From an uncultured Bacteroidales bacterium (lineage in GTDB: Bacteria > Bacteroidota > Bacteroidia > Bacteroidales > Bacteroidaceae): a DNA stretch of 64,000 bases. The stretch covers positions 6,555-70,554 of the forward strand of contig CALDET010000059.1 in assembly GCA_937944365.1 (NCBI GenBank), written 5' to 3'. A program made the position numbers and the translations under genes. This document shows, piece by piece, positions 40,357 through 51,176 of this stretch; the stretch's first letter is position 1; each line of letters begins with the position of its first letter. The notes beneath the pieces are model-generated. The model ran no database searches. It had not been told where the DNA came from and saw nothing but the letters and a program-made list of their open reading frames with translations.

Positions 40357-40833
40357 TTACAAGTGGGTCTTTGCTGCAAAATAAGCCTTCTGCCAGTCCG
40401 TGTCCAGGGAGAAAGGCGTCAGTTCGTTTCCTCCCTTGATGTAGGCGTGGGTGGTCTCCTCGTCCTTGTCGCCAAAGAGCGGATTGGCCGTGGAGGCCTC
40501 CATGAACAGGTAAATCTTGTCCTTTCTCTTCGCTTCGCTCAGTTTCTTGTCCTGCAGAATCTCTTGGAAAAACAGCGTGATGAACTCCGAAAGGTAATAG
40601 GCCTGCACATCAAGGAATTCGGTCGTCACTTCCGGCATGGTCTCGAAGGCTTTTCCTTTGAGGTACACGAGCGCAGTACGCTTGAACTGTGCGATGCAGG
40701 TCTGCGTGTAATTGGTGGTCGGCGTATTGACCTGCCGGGTCGCGTTTTCGAGCACCATATTATATATGTCCTGCGAGTGCGCGGGCAGTGCCAATGCGGC
40801 AAGTACGGGCAAAATCTTCCATATTCTTTTCAT
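40357..40833 (-). CDS. Exported hypothetical protein
   Basis: Signal peptide (LPAHSQ); in-operon position; C-terminal TPFSLDTDW. Confidence 0.7.
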   Translation of the reverse strand: MKRIWKILPVLAALALPAHSQDIYNMVLENATRQVNTPTTNYTQTCIAQFKRTALVYLKGKAFETMPEVTTEFLDVQAYYLSEFITLFFQEILQDKKLSEAKRKDKIYLFMEASTANPLFGDKDEETTHAYIKGGNELTPFSLDTDWQKAYFAAKTHL

Positions 40834-40845
40834 AAGAAACAGCAT

Positions 40846-42300
40846 TTATGAGTTTTTGGTAAGTGTCAGGTGATGGTCGATGCACTGCGGGTATTCGTCT
40901 TCGTAGTGCGAGACCATGACAAGTGTCTTGTCGGGCTGTTCCATATACCGGTCGATGATGCGGCAGGCGAGTTTCCGCCGCCCGTCGTCCAGTCCGTGGA
41001 ACGGTTCGTCGAGGATGAGCAGTCCGGGGTTCTTCACGAAAGCCCTTGCCAGAAGCACGAGGCGCTGTTCTCCCGAGGACAGTTTCATGAAGTTCCTTTC
41101 GGCCAGGTGTCCGGCCTTGAACGTTTGCAGCCAGTCCATGCAATGCGCTCGTTCTTCGGGCGTGGAACGTTTGTACAGGCCGATGCTGTCGTGCAGCCCG
41201 CTGGCGATGATGTCGATGACCGGCACGGGCTTCCGGTAGGACTGGAAAAGTTCCGGCGAGACGAACCCTATGTTCTTTTTAATGTCCCATATGCTTTCGC
41301 CGTGGCCGCGCCGGCGGCCGAACAGGCGGATGTCGCAGGCATAGCCGGCGGGATTGTCCGCACAAATCAGGGACAGTAGTGTGGACTTGCCCGTTCCGTT
41401 GTTGCCGGAAAGGGTCCAGTGTTCACCGCGTCTGATGCTCCAGTTCAAATCCTTCAGTATGGTGTAATTCCCGTACGCAACCGTGACATTGTGCAGGTCT
41501 ACCACGGCTGTTCCGGCGTCCCGGTCGGTACGGTGGTGCACTTGCGGTATGCTGACGGCGGATTCGGAGACGGCGCCTGTCGCCCAGACCTGCCGCAGGT
41601 AGTCTTCGCGCGGGCAGGCCGGCGACACGGCCAGTCCTTCCACGTGGACCACTTCCTGTATGAATGTCGGAATGTCCGCCGGCCGGCTGACGACCAGCAG
41701 TATCGTGATGTGTCGTGAAAGTTTTTCCAGGATATTCGTGAGCATCTGCCGGCCGGGCGCGTCCAGTCCGATGAACGGATTGTCGATGATGAGGAGTTGC
41801 GGTGCGGAAAGCAAGGCTTTGGTCAGCTGGAAGCGACGCAGTTCCCCGCTTGACAGCAGATTGATGCTTTTTCCTGCATGTCTTTTTATCCCGACTTCAT
41901 CAATCAGCTCGCGAATGTATGGCGGGATGTCCGGATTGCAGGACAATGCGCCGTTTCCGCCCAATAAGGTTTCGACGGTAGGGAATTCTTCCTCGGTGCC
42001 CTTGTTCCATCGTTGCTGGTAGTAGGCCGGCTCGTATACGCCGTAGGCATCCCTGAAACTGATGTGGGCGATGTTCTCCGAGACGTGAAGCGAGGGGGAA
42101 GGCGAAAAGTCGTAAACCGGCTGGTCGCCCAGCAACGGCCGCGCGTTCCGGATGATTTCTATCAGAAATGACTTGCCGCCACCGTTGGGACCGCATAACG
42201 CCATGTGTACTCCTTTGAAAAGCCTGAAGTTCACGGGGACGGCCATCCTGAAGTCCGGGTGGCGGGTTATTCCGTCGGTGATATCTACGATTTTTTGCAT
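40846..42300 (-). CDS. ModF-like dual-domain ABC ATP-binding protein
   Basis: Two Walker A (GPNGGGKS, GNNGTGKS), LSSGE signatures, IDNPFIGLD and LDEPFHGLD; ATG 42300. Confidence 0.85.
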   Translation of the reverse strand: MQKIVDITDGITRHPDFRMAVPVNFRLFKGVHMALCGPNGGGKSFLIEIIRNARPLLGDQPVYDFSPSPSLHVSENIAHISFRDAYGVYEPAYYQQRWNKGTEEEFPTVETLLGGNGALSCNPDIPPYIRELIDEVGIKRHAGKSINLLSSGELRRFQLTKALLSAPQLLIIDNPFIGLDAPGRQMLTNILEKLSRHITILLVVSRPADIPTFIQEVVHVEGLAVSPACPREDYLRQVWATGAVSESAVSIPQVHHRTDRDAGTAVVDLHNVTVAYGNYTILKDLNWSIRRGEHWTLSGNNGTGKSTLLSLICADNPAGYACDIRLFGRRRGHGESIWDIKKNIGFVSPELFQSYRKPVPVIDIIASGLHDSIGLYKRSTPEERAHCMDWLQTFKAGHLAERNFMKLSSGEQRLVLLARAFVKNPGLLILDEPFHGLDDGRRKLACRIIDRYMEQPDKTLVMVSHYEDEYPQCIDHHLTLTKNS

Positions 42301-42929
42301 AATAATGCGTTCAGTTTGCGTTGTGGTCCGGTCAGTTCGGCGGATACCGTTTTCCTGTGCTGTTGCAGATAGGCGCCCCATGTCTTCGGGGCTCCGGCGG
42401 ATGCGGCATACTGCGGCATACTTCCTTGCAGGTAATGGCAATATGCGGCTGCCAGGGCGTCGGTTGCGTCCAGGAAAGGCGGCATCGCGTCTTCCCGAAT
42501 GTTCAGCACGTTCTTGAGTACCCCGGCCACTTGTTCCTTGCTTGCCCCCCCGTTGCCGGTGATGGACATCTTTATCTTGAGCGGCGCATACTCGTGGACG
42601 GGAATGTCGCGGCCTATGGAGGCGGCAATGGCTACGCCTTGCGCGCGGCCCAGCTTGAGCATACTCTGCACGTTTTTCCCGAAAAAAGGGGATTCGATGG
42701 CGACTTCGTCGGGCAGGAAACGGTCGATGATGGCCGTGACCCGCTCATAGATGCGCCCGAGCTTCAAGTAGGCGTCCTTGCAATGCCGCAAGTCGATTAC
42801 TCCCATGGCTTCCATCCGGACAGACGACCTTCCCGCCACCTTGATGATGCCGTAGCCCAGCACATTCGTGCCGGGGTCGATGCCTAAGATTATCTTCTCC
42901 GCGGGGAGACGGGAAGCCGTTGTTGCCAT
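42285..42929 (-). CDS. ruvC: Crossover junction endodeoxyribonuclease RuvC
   Basis: ILGIDPG, AIESPF, LKLGRAQG, G.GGASKEQV, DATDALA; ATG 42929. Confidence 0.94.
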   Translation of the reverse strand: MATTASRLPAEKIILGIDPGTNVLGYGIIKVAGRSSVRMEAMGVIDLRHCKDAYLKLGRIYERVTAIIDRFLPDEVAIESPFFGKNVQSMLKLGRAQGVAIAASIGRDIPVHEYAPLKIKMSITGNGGASKEQVAGVLKNVLNIREDAMPPFLDATDALAAAYCHYLQGSMPQYAASAGAPKTWGAYLQQHRKTVSAELTGPQRKLNALLCKKS

Positions 42930-42954
42930 ACGTGCGCTGCGTTTTGTTTGTTCC

Positions 42955-43035
42955 CGCAAAAGTACGCAAATCAAAGAAAATGCACTACTTTTTTCGCGTG
43001 AAAGATTATTATTTGCAGATTTAATCATATATTTG
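42955..43035. promoter_or_regulatory. Divergent Bacteroidetes promoters for ruvC (-) and the DUF1573 operon (+)
   Basis: TACTTTTG on the minus strand (~42957-42964) and TATATTTG at 43028-43035 on plus. Confidence 0.6.
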
Positions 43036-43067
43036 CAATTCATAAATGATAAAACATGGTATTAAGG

Positions 43068-43448
43068 ATGAAACGATTACTGATTACATCTTGTTTTATG
43101 CTGTTTGCCGGCTTGGCAACCTTCGCACAGGCTGTCATCAAATTCGACAAGAATTCGCATAACTTCGGCACTTTTACGGAAGACAAGCCTGTTTCTTTTG
43201 TGTTCAGCTTCACAAATATCGGCGACAAGCCGCTGGTGATTCAGCAGGCTTTCACTTCGTGTGGCTGTACCGTGGCAGACTATACGAAAACGGAGATTCA
43301 GCCGAAACAGAAAGGGCAGGTAACCGTTACCTATAATGGTAAAGGAAAAGCTCCCGGCTACTTCAGAAAGGTGGTGACAGTACGTTCGAACGCGTCCAAC
43401 AGTCTGACGCGCGTCTACGTGGAAGGCAACATGACCCCGAAGGAGTGA
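43068..43448 (+). CDS. DUF1573 domain protein
   Basis: HNFG, F.FTNIGDKPLVI, TSCGCT, F.K.VTV.SNA. Confidence 0.88.
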   Translation: MKRLLITSCFMLFAGLATFAQAVIKFDKNSHNFGTFTEDKPVSFVFSFTNIGDKPLVIQQAFTSCGCTVADYTKTEIQPKQKGQVTVTYNGKGKAPGYFRKVVTVRSNASNSLTRVYVEGNMTPKE

Positions 43449-43487
43449 ACCGCCAACATTATTCCGTAAATATAAATCCATTACCCC

Positions 43488-44540
43488 ATGAAGAATAACC
43501 ATCTTGTCGTTATGGCCGGTGGCATCGGCAGCCGTTTCTGGCCTATCAGCAGTCCCGAACGCCCTAAGCAGTTCCTGGATATTCTGGGGTGTGGAAAAAC
43601 GCTGATACAACTGACCGTCGAGCGGTTCAAAGGTCTGATTCCGATAGAGAATACATGGATTGTAACCTCTGCGGACTATAAGGACATTGTTCGCGAACAA
43701 CTGCCTGAGATTCCTGTGGAGAACATTCTGTTGGAACCTTGTCGCAGGAACACGGCTCCGTGCATCTGCTACGTAAGCTGGAAGATAAAGAAACGCAATC
43801 CCAAGGCGAACATCGTCGTTACGCCCAGCGACCATATCATCGCTGACGTAAAGGGATTTCAGGAAGCCATCGCGGATACGATGGAGTTTTCGGCCGAAAC
43901 GGACGCCATCGTTACTTTGGGAATACGTCCCACGCACGCTGAGACCGGTTATGGGTATATAAAAGCTGACTTGACCTATTCTTCTTCCCGCAAAAAGAAT
44001 ATTTTTCGTGTCGATGCCTTTACTGAGAAGCCCTCGCGCGAGGTGGCGGAAGAATATGTCAAGCAAAACCAGTATTTGTGGAATTCCGGTATCTTCGTTT
44101 GGAATGTCAGTACCATAATCAATGCTTTCAGGGTGTATCATCCCGAAATATCCCATCGCTTCGAGGATATTTTCTCGTACTATGATATGCCTCAGGAGCA
44201 GAACATGATAGACCAACAGTTTCCGCTTTGCGAAAACATTTCCGTAGACTATGCCATCATGGAAAAGGCCGAGGAGATTTTTGTCTATCCCGCGAAGTTC
44301 GGATGGAGCGATCTCGGGACGTGGGGAGCTTTGCGGCAGCAAGTGGAGCAGGATAAGTATGGAAATGCAAAAATAGGTCCGGCCATTGATTTGTATGATA
44401 CGCAGAACTCCATCGTACATGCCACAAGTCTGAAAAAAGTTGTAGTACAGGGACTTGACGGCTACGTGGTTGTGGAGAAAGACGGGACATTGCTGATTTG
44501 CAAATTGTCGGAGGAGCAACGCATAAAATTGTTTCATTAA
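43488..44540 (+). CDS. manC: Mannose-1-phosphate guanylyltransferase
   Basis: MAGGIGSRFWP.S...PKQFL, EP.RRNTAP, PSDH, ETGYGYI, F.EKP, WNSGIF, SVDYAIME, WSDLGTW. Confidence 0.92.
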   Translation: MKNNHLVVMAGGIGSRFWPISSPERPKQFLDILGCGKTLIQLTVERFKGLIPIENTWIVTSADYKDIVREQLPEIPVENILLEPCRRNTAPCICYVSWKIKKRNPKANIVVTPSDHIIADVKGFQEAIADTMEFSAETDAIVTLGIRPTHAETGYGYIKADLTYSSSRKKNIFRVDAFTEKPSREVAEEYVKQNQYLWNSGIFVWNVSTIINAFRVYHPEISHRFEDIFSYYDMPQEQNMIDQQFPLCENISVDYAIMEKAEEIFVYPAKFGWSDLGTWGALRQQVEQDKYGNAKIGPAIDLYDTQNSIVHATSLKKVVVQGLDGYVVVEKDGTLLICKLSEEQRIKLFH

Positions 44541-44562
44541 GCAATAAAACCTTTTCCGGAGT

Positions 44563-45618
44563 TTGGATTTCGCGCTTGAAATAGAGAATTGGTATGTGAA
44601 GAACAAACGCGACCTGCCTTGGAGAGACATCACCAATCCTTATTTGATTTGGGTGTCCGAAATCATTCTCCAACAAACGCGTGTGGTGCAGGGATATGAC
44701 TATTACCTGCGTTTTGTCAAGCATTTCCCCGATGTTGAGACACTGGCGGCTGCCGATGAGCAGGATGTGCTCAATGTATGGCAGGGCTTGGGTTATTACA
44801 GTCGCGCGAGAAACCTTCATTCCGCGGCCAAGACCATTGCCGGTCAAGGGAGATTCCCGACTACATATAAGGAAGTGAGGGCTTTGAAAGGAGTAGGCGA
44901 TTATACCGCGGCGGCCATCTGTTCTTTCGCTTACGGGCTTCCTTTTGCAACGGTGGATGGAAATGTCTATCGCGTTCTGTCCCGTTTTTTCGGTCTGGAA
45001 ACTCCGATAGACACTACGGCCGGAAAGCGTTACTTTGCAGAACTGGCGCAGCAAATGCTGGATAAGAAAAATCCTGGACTGTATAATCAGGCTATAATGG
45101 ACTTCGGGGCGCTACAATGTACACCGAAGTCTCCGGATTGCCTTTCCTGTCCGTTGTATGATGCTTGTTGTGCGAGAATGGCGGGGAAAATAGACGACTT
45201 TCCCGTGAAATCGAAAAAGACGGCCGTCAGAAACAGATTTTTTGTGTATGTTCTGATAAAGAATGAGGAAGGGCTATTGATGCACCGCAGGGGAAACGGG
45301 GACATCTGGCAGGGACTTTATGAGCCTTATCTGTTGGAGTTTTCATCTCCGGTCGATGAGGGAGAGGTGCGGAAACTCCTGGCAGAACAGTTCATGACGG
45401 AAGATTTTATTCTTTCGGGCGTTGTCAAGGGGCTGAGCCACGTGCTGACTCACCGTCATCTACATGTGGATTGCTATGAACTGGTCTCAAACGTTCCTTT
45501 AAGCATCGAAGGCTATACCCGAATCCCTTTGAATGAACTGGATGCCTATCCCATGTCGCGCCTGATACACATTCTCTTTGAGAAATATTCGGATATGGGA
45601 CTGTTTCAAGGCAGATGA
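44563..45618 (+). CDS. mutY: A/G-specific adenine glycosylase (TTG start)
   Basis: RDLPWR, WVSEIILQQT, WQGLGYYSRARNL, HhH LKGVGDYTA, VDGNV.RV, C-x6-C-x2-C-x5-C Fe-S motif. Confidence 0.94.
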   Translation: MDFALEIENWYVKNKRDLPWRDITNPYLIWVSEIILQQTRVVQGYDYYLRFVKHFPDVETLAAADEQDVLNVWQGLGYYSRARNLHSAAKTIAGQGRFPTTYKEVRALKGVGDYTAAAICSFAYGLPFATVDGNVYRVLSRFFGLETPIDTTAGKRYFAELAQQMLDKKNPGLYNQAIMDFGALQCTPKSPDCLSCPLYDACCARMAGKIDDFPVKSKKTAVRNRFFVYVLIKNEEGLLMHRRGNGDIWQGLYEPYLLEFSSPVDEGEVRKLLAEQFMTEDFILSGVVKGLSHVLTHRHLHVDCYELVSNVPLSIEGYTRIPLNELDAYPMSRLIHILFEKYSDMGLFQGR

Positions 45619-45715
45619 GTATGCTTTGCCCGGTTGTATTTTTCCATTGATGTCCGTAGATCCTTCTCGGGACGGTTACGATAAAATCCGTATCCCATCC
45701 TATATATGGGAACGG

Positions 45716-46495
45716 CTATCTGTTGATAACCTTGGCAAAGAAAATCTTTGTGAAATAGTGGGGCATGAATACGAACAGGAAGGTGGCCCATGCTCTGAGC
45801 GTGCTATAGCCTATGACTTGTTTATATACGGCCACATTGTAACGTACCAACTTAATCTTGTTTCTGGATAACGAACTTTTCCGTATCCGATAGCAGGCCA
45901 GAGGGTTCTTTATGCCGTAAGCAAGCGGGCATTCTTTCATTAACAGCAGAAGGAAAGCCCAGTCCTGTCGTTTCCGAAGTATCGGCATATAGTATTTTCC
46001 TATTCTTGATGTATCATATATGCAGGTGGAGAAGCCTATGTAGTCGTTCTTGATCATGTCCTGGTACGTTACTCGCGAGGGAGCCACGATAATACCGTTT
46101 GGATTGTTGTTCTGATCAAATTTCAAATAGGATGAGAAACATATTTCCGCTTTATTGTCGGACATGAACTTTAACTGAACTTCCAGCTTTTCGGGTTTCC
46201 AACAGTCGTCGCTGTCACAGAATGCGATATATCGTCCTTTTGCCTCTTTTATCGAAATGTTACGCGCCGCCCCTGCGCCACTGTTCTCATCCATGGCAAA
46301 AAGTTTTATCCGGTGGTCGCGGGCCACATATTGTTCGATAATCTTACGGGTATCGTCAGTGGAACAATCGTCTGTTATCAATAGTTCCCACTTCGTGTAG
46401 GATTGATTGATAATGGATTCTATTGCCTGGGAAATATACTCTGACGAGTTATATGATGGCATTATTATCGATACTAACTCCTGGTTTATGTCCAT
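45716..46495 (-). CDS. Glycosyltransferase family 2
   Basis: VSIIMPSYN, DDCSTD, GAGAARN, FCDSDD, RQDW. Confidence 0.9.
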   Translation of the reverse strand: MDINQELVSIIMPSYNSSEYISQAIESIINQSYTKWELLITDDCSTDDTRKIIEQYVARDHRIKLFAMDENSGAGAARNISIKEAKGRYIAFCDSDDCWKPEKLEVQLKFMSDNKAEICFSSYLKFDQNNNPNGIIVAPSRVTYQDMIKNDYIGFSTCIYDTSRIGKYYMPILRKRQDWAFLLLLMKECPLAYGIKNPLACYRIRKSSLSRNKIKLVRYNVAVYKQVIGYSTLRAWATFLFVFMPHYFTKIFFAKVINR

Positions 46496-46602
46496 ATATG
46501 TAATCTGCCTATTTATATATTGAGTGAGCCTGTCCCGGTTTGGCTTTTAGTAATATTTATCATTCGACATGATGGGCGCAATGGGGAATGTGCGGACACT
46601 GT

Positions 46603-47466
46603 TCATTCGGATGTATATCTGTACTTCCCGTAAACGCCGTTGCGGAAGTCGCTGATGCCTCTGTATATTGAAATCAGTTTACGCCTTTTATCATCTTCGA
46701 AGAACAGAATCTTCAAGAACAATTTCATAACAAAGTTCCAGCCGTAATCATGTGTACCGGACATGTGCCCGAAATGCTTATGGATGTATAAATTATTACG
46801 TGTCATATAATAACAACGAAGATAATTATGATTTAGTACATGAAAAAGCGTTTTATTATAAAGTCTGACAGGTCGCATGTTGCCGATATGGTGGTTTAGT
46901 ACCGCTGAATTATCACGCAGAATCCGATAACCATGGAGACGAAGGTTGAGGCTGAATTCCGTATCAACATTGTCGATGAACAAATAATCCTTGAAGCCGT
47001 TCACTTCATGGAACGCAGACAAGCGTACAAGGCTTCCTGACGTGATGCACTTGGGAAGTTCGTCTACAGACTGTCTTTTACAATGGTTTGCACCGGCATA
47101 GGCATTGATTTGAGGTGTGATGATGCCTATCTGCTCTTGTTTATCTTGCTGTATAATCTGTGTAAATGAGGCTATCATATTATCCGGCATGATAGAATCT
47201 TGATCCAGAGTCAGTATCCAGTCGAATCCTTCGTCCAAGGCTGTGCGGCAACCGTCGTTCAGGGCTGTGGCTATCCCTTTGTTGCAGGAATAGGCATGAT
47301 ATGATAGTTTTTCGCAATTGACACCGAGTGTTCTTATATCGAGAGAGGCAGCTTCAGAATTGTCCCATAGGTATATATGCTCCGCCTGTGGCAGACAAGC
47401 TGAGATATTCTTCTTGAGCAGAACAATATCGGAGTTATATAGTATGATTAATGCGGCTATTCTCAT
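46603..47466 (-). CDS. GT2 rhamnosyltransferase-like glycosyltransferase
   Basis: WDNS, NKGIATALN, LTLDQDS, ITSGSL, LFIDNVDTE, YY.TRN. Confidence 0.85.
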   Translation of the reverse strand: MRIAALIILYNSDIVLLKKNISACLPQAEHIYLWDNSEAASLDIRTLGVNCEKLSYHAYSCNKGIATALNDGCRTALDEGFDWILTLDQDSIMPDNMIASFTQIIQQDKQEQIGIITPQINAYAGANHCKRQSVDELPKCITSGSLVRLSAFHEVNGFKDYLFIDNVDTEFSLNLRLHGYRILRDNSAVLNHHIGNMRPVRLYNKTLFHVLNHNYLRCYYMTRNNLYIHKHFGHMSGTHDYGWNFVMKLFLKILFFEDDKRRKLISIYRGISDFRNGVYGKYRYTSE

Positions 47467-47511
47467 TTTAGATTATCATTTTCCTTTCAAATTTTAATAT
47501 ACTCTTTCCGT

Positions 47512-48945
47512 TCAATAATGATTTTTCTTGAATAGACCTATAGTCTTTTCCGTCAAACCAAGGACTAACAATTTATCAGCCATGATGAATGCGTACGGTG
47601 CAAAGATTAATCCGGCAAGAGCCAGCCTGAGCAGTGGTGTCTCTATGCAGCAGGCAATCAATATAGCTATTCCCGCAAGCGGCAATGAGTATGTAAGGAC
47701 CCTTAGGAATAAATGAAGCGGGAATTGTATCATCAGGTATTTTTTTACAAAATAGGAGGAACTTATAAGTACCGCAACCTCTGCTCCAACCCAGGCTAAG
47801 GCAGAACCAAGACAGAGTAGTTTGTGAGTGAACAATATATTGATAAGGATGCATGAGAGGCATCCAAAACTTACACAGTATAGCATGGCTTTTTCCTTTT
47901 GTGCAGGTATTAACAACTGGAGTATGAAAATTTGTTCCGATCCAATGATAAATACCAACAGCATCACCACTCTCATGGGAACAACAGCCGGTAAGAAATG
48001 CGAACCTGCAAAGATGGAGATAATGTCAGGAGCATATACCTCCATAAAGATGACAACCGGAAATGCGAAACAGAATAATAGAATAAAGGTTCTGTGCACC
48101 AACCGGCGCATTTCTTCGGACTTACGTTCCTGCATCAGCACGCTGACACGAGGAATCATGACACCGGTTATCGTTGAAAACAATGCAATCAGAACTGTAT
48201 ATAGTCTGATACTCGTTGTATAATAACCTACTTGTTCGTCATCTGCTACAAAACTTAGATAAGTTACGTTCAGTTGGGTATAGATGGCACTTAGCAGTGC
48301 GAACAATCCAAGAAGAATGAACGGCTTGAAGAAACGCTTTATATTTACGGTGCGGAACTGCAGAGAGGCAAACCGTCGGCGATAGTTCCAATTACAGATA
48401 GCATTTGCCACCGTCAGGCCTACCCAAAAGGAATAGTATAATAAACTGTCGGAAGAATGGTTTACGAACAGAAATACCGATAATACAAATATTCCTCTGA
48501 ACACTAAAGAGCGGATGGTTATGTATTTGAATTGCTCCATCCCCTTGAAAAACCATTCTATCCAGAACAAATTGGCCAGTAGCTTGATTAGTCCGATAAA
48601 AAAGAAACTTTTCCGCTGTGTAAATTCCGGTATCGTAAATACACAGCATACGAGTAAAATAAATATGGTCAAGGTAGATAGCACATTCAAAGAGAATAAA
48701 TCCGTAAAAGTTCTATTCAATTGTTCCGGATTATTCTGATTTCTTGCGATTTCCCGGATGCCCAAAGTTGTCAGCCCCATCATAGAACAGATGATAGCAT
48801 AGTTTATGACGTATTCAACGGCATCAATAGCGCCTATTCCCTCAGGTCCTAATATGCGGGATATATAAGGGAAAACCAAAAGAGGCACCAAGTAGGTGCT
48901 TAACGTCAGCAATGTGCTATAAGTTATGTTCTTTTTCAGTCCCAT
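47512..48945 (-). CDS. wzx: Polysaccharide flippase Wzx
   Basis: LKKN.., P...PYISRILGPEGIG, GIREIA, EWFFKGME.F, VGYY, PR; ~12 TM helices. Confidence 0.87.
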   Translation of the reverse strand: MGLKKNITYSTLLTLSTYLVPLLVFPYISRILGPEGIGAIDAVEYVINYAIICSMMGLTTLGIREIARNQNNPEQLNRTFTDLFSLNVLSTLTIFILLVCCVFTIPEFTQRKSFFFIGLIKLLANLFWIEWFFKGMEQFKYITIRSLVFRGIFVLSVFLFVNHSSDSLLYYSFWVGLTVANAICNWNYRRRFASLQFRTVNIKRFFKPFILLGLFALLSAIYTQLNVTYLSFVADDEQVGYYTTSIRLYTVLIALFSTITGVMIPRVSVLMQERKSEEMRRLVHRTFILLFCFAFPVVIFMEVYAPDIISIFAGSHFLPAVVPMRVVMLLVFIIGSEQIFILQLLIPAQKEKAMLYCVSFGCLSCILINILFTHKLLCLGSALAWVGAEVAVLISSSYFVKKYLMIQFPLHLFLRVLTYSLPLAGIAILIACCIETPLLRLALAGLIFAPYAFIMADKLLVLGLTEKTIGLFKKNHY

Positions 48946-48967
48946 AATGGTTTGATAGGCATAATCT

Positions 48968-49795
48968 TTATGAAAAGTACTGCTGCAAGATATATTCTAT
49001 CGCTTCCAAATGCCTTTGGCAATATGTCTTATGCTTCATCTTGCTCGTTGTGTAATGATCCAAATCATAAACCTGAATGTCGGGTGTATGAACGACTTTC
49101 AAATTGTTACGATAACAGTTCTCAGCCAAATAAATCTCCTCTCCATACAGAAATACCGGATAGTCAATGATGCCATTCTTCTGTATATACGCCCGAGTAA
49201 GTATGATAAAGGAACCATGCCCAGCATATATGTTTCCGTAAGAGCTATTTCCCGAATGTCTATGTTTATATAAACATGACAGATATATGGAATGCAGGAC
49301 AGGATATTTGAACATCACTCTTAACATGGACAGACGTCTTTTGGAATAACGGTGGATGGATTGGGGATTCCGGTCTTTCTTTTCTTTCTCTGAATAGATA
49401 TAAGGAGCAATCCAGCCGATGTTGTCTTTGGCTGCATAGGCACACAAATCGCGTAATGTCGTTTCCTTAAGAAATACATCGACATTGCTGATTATAATGT
49501 AGTCAAACATGGAACAATCCGTTTCGCACATCATCTTGTGTACGGCACCGAAATAACCAAGATTCTTATGGAATGGAAAACTCCGCATTTCCATATGGGA
49601 AGATTCATAATTGATTTCCCGGACATTATTTTCGGTGTTGTCAGCAATATAAAGACTCACCTTTGCTTCCGCTTCGGCTGCTTTTGCCGAGTTCTCAACG
49701 GCATCAAAAAAAGGATTCAATAACTCATAAGAATTATAGCACACGCAAAAAATAGCGATACGTTTCTTTTCAACCTTTTCTGTTTGAGTCATCAT
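48968..49795 (-). CDS. Glycosyltransferase family 2-like protein
   Basis: VCYNS, IADN, NLGYFG, ISNVDV, FLYGEE. Confidence 0.8.
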   Translation of the reverse strand: MMTQTEKVEKKRIAIFCVCYNSYELLNPFFDAVENSAKAAEAEAKVSLYIADNTENNVREINYESSHMEMRSFPFHKNLGYFGAVHKMMCETDCSMFDYIIISNVDVFLKETTLRDLCAYAAKDNIGWIAPYIYSEKEKKDRNPQSIHRYSKRRLSMLRVMFKYPVLHSIYLSCLYKHRHSGNSSYGNIYAGHGSFIILTRAYIQKNGIIDYPVFLYGEEIYLAENCYRNNLKVVHTPDIQVYDLDHYTTSKMKHKTYCQRHLEAIEYILQQYFS

Positions 49796-51090
49796 ATATC
49801 TTTTTCTTTTCTCGCTTCTTGTATAAGCATGTCATTACTTCCTTTTCTTATATTCTCAAGAGATATGGAGCCGGAACACAATTGTAGCCGGCTGATAAAT
49901 AGCAATCCCAAGAACATCAAGGGGATTTCTATTGCCGACAGATGGAAAAAATAGAATTCAAACCAGCCCATCGCCAATAAAGAACATTCGTAGAAATAAA
50001 TTCCATAAACATATATATTATTGAACTTAATCGTACATATCTTAATCATGTAGAATATCAGGCTTACAAACAAGGTATAGATTGTGAACTGGAACCAATT
50101 TGTGTATATGAACAATGTTCCGAAAAATGTTCTGACGTTGGTCAGATTTTGCCCCGTGGTATGGTAATATGGATTTACGGGAGAGAGAATCTCATCAATA
50201 CCTGCTATCTGATTATATATGTTAATGAAAGGCGACAATATGATGTCGATAAAAGAGGCATCGGGATAATTTCGTATCATATCCTCGCTAAGCCCCAAAA
50301 TACCGCTTGTCAGATAATGTCCGAAGTGCTTAAATACAAATGCGATATGTTCATCTGTGATATTGCTCTCTCCTTTTCCTAACAATGGCAACACTATATA
50401 GAAGACAAAGAACAGCAGGAATCCCGATCCTACGGTTATGAATATGAATTTCCCGTTCAGCCTTGTCTTTCCGGCATATAGTCTCAGCAGCATACCCGAC
50501 AAGATGGTTATAATGATAACTCCCTTTACCATATTTATTATGTTGGGGAGCAACAGGCACAGGAGAACAGGTATAAGCCACAATCGACGTTTTCCTAAGA
50601 AATAGATACAAATGGCAAGCAAGGGGACAGACAATTGTCGGATATGAGCCCAAATGCCATGTCCGCTAAAATCTTCTGCAAAGTCATCGGTACCTATAAG
50701 CGCGACCGAGGATGTCAGTGTTCCATAGAATTTGAACAGCAGTAAGAAGCCAACAAAGATGGAGATAATGACCAGTCGTTTGGACAGTGCAGTCGTTTCG
50801 ATAACACTCTTGTTCGGTTTGGAATATTTGGCAAGTAACGTGCCCAGCACAAAGCTCGGAATAGAAAAAAGCAGCAATCCGACAGACCATATTGCTATAC
50901 TGGGATAATGGAATTCCACAAAGCCGAAGTTTCCTGCCAGCAGGATGGTTATCAACAATACCACCGTGTAGGGCAACATCAGGAAGTTTAACGGCGTGTA
51001 CAAAGTACCCCATGCTTTCAATTCCAGAAACAGAAGCAATACAACCTCTGAAAGGAAAGAGAATAGGATTAAAAAATCAGAGAAGTCCAT
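49792..51090 (-). CDS. Probable polysaccharide polymerase (Wzy-like integral membrane protein)
   Basis: About 11 TM helices, periplasmic loop ending TNVRTFFG, position between wzz and GT/wzx. Confidence 0.65.
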   Translation of the reverse strand: MDFSDFLILFSFLSEVVLLLFLELKAWGTLYTPLNFLMLPYTVVLLITILLAGNFGFVEFHYPSIAIWSVGLLLFSIPSFVLGTLLAKYSKPNKSVIETTALSKRLVIISIFVGFLLLFKFYGTLTSSVALIGTDDFAEDFSGHGIWAHIRQLSVPLLAICIYFLGKRRLWLIPVLLCLLLPNIINMVKGVIIITILSGMLLRLYAGKTRLNGKFIFITVGSGFLLFFVFYIVLPLLGKGESNITDEHIAFVFKHFGHYLTSGILGLSEDMIRNYPDASFIDIILSPFINIYNQIAGIDEILSPVNPYYHTTGQNLTNVRTFFGTLFIYTNWFQFTIYTLFVSLIFYMIKICTIKFNNIYVYGIYFYECSLLAMGWFEFYFFHLSAIEIPLMFLGLLFISRLQLCSGSISLENIRKGSNDMLIQEARKEKDI

Positions 51091-51176
51091 TATCTACATG
51101 AGGATTCAATGAGGATGAAGTAAAGCATCCCTTGATTTCTAACAATGTTCTTTGTTTTCCTTTTTTTATTGATATA

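Noticed and set aside
43077..44636. 519-aa minus-strand ORF (and the similar 59208-60536, 24021-25220, 15790-16929 and 17253-18338)
   Set aside because: All lie opposite well-supported genes and have no protein-family features
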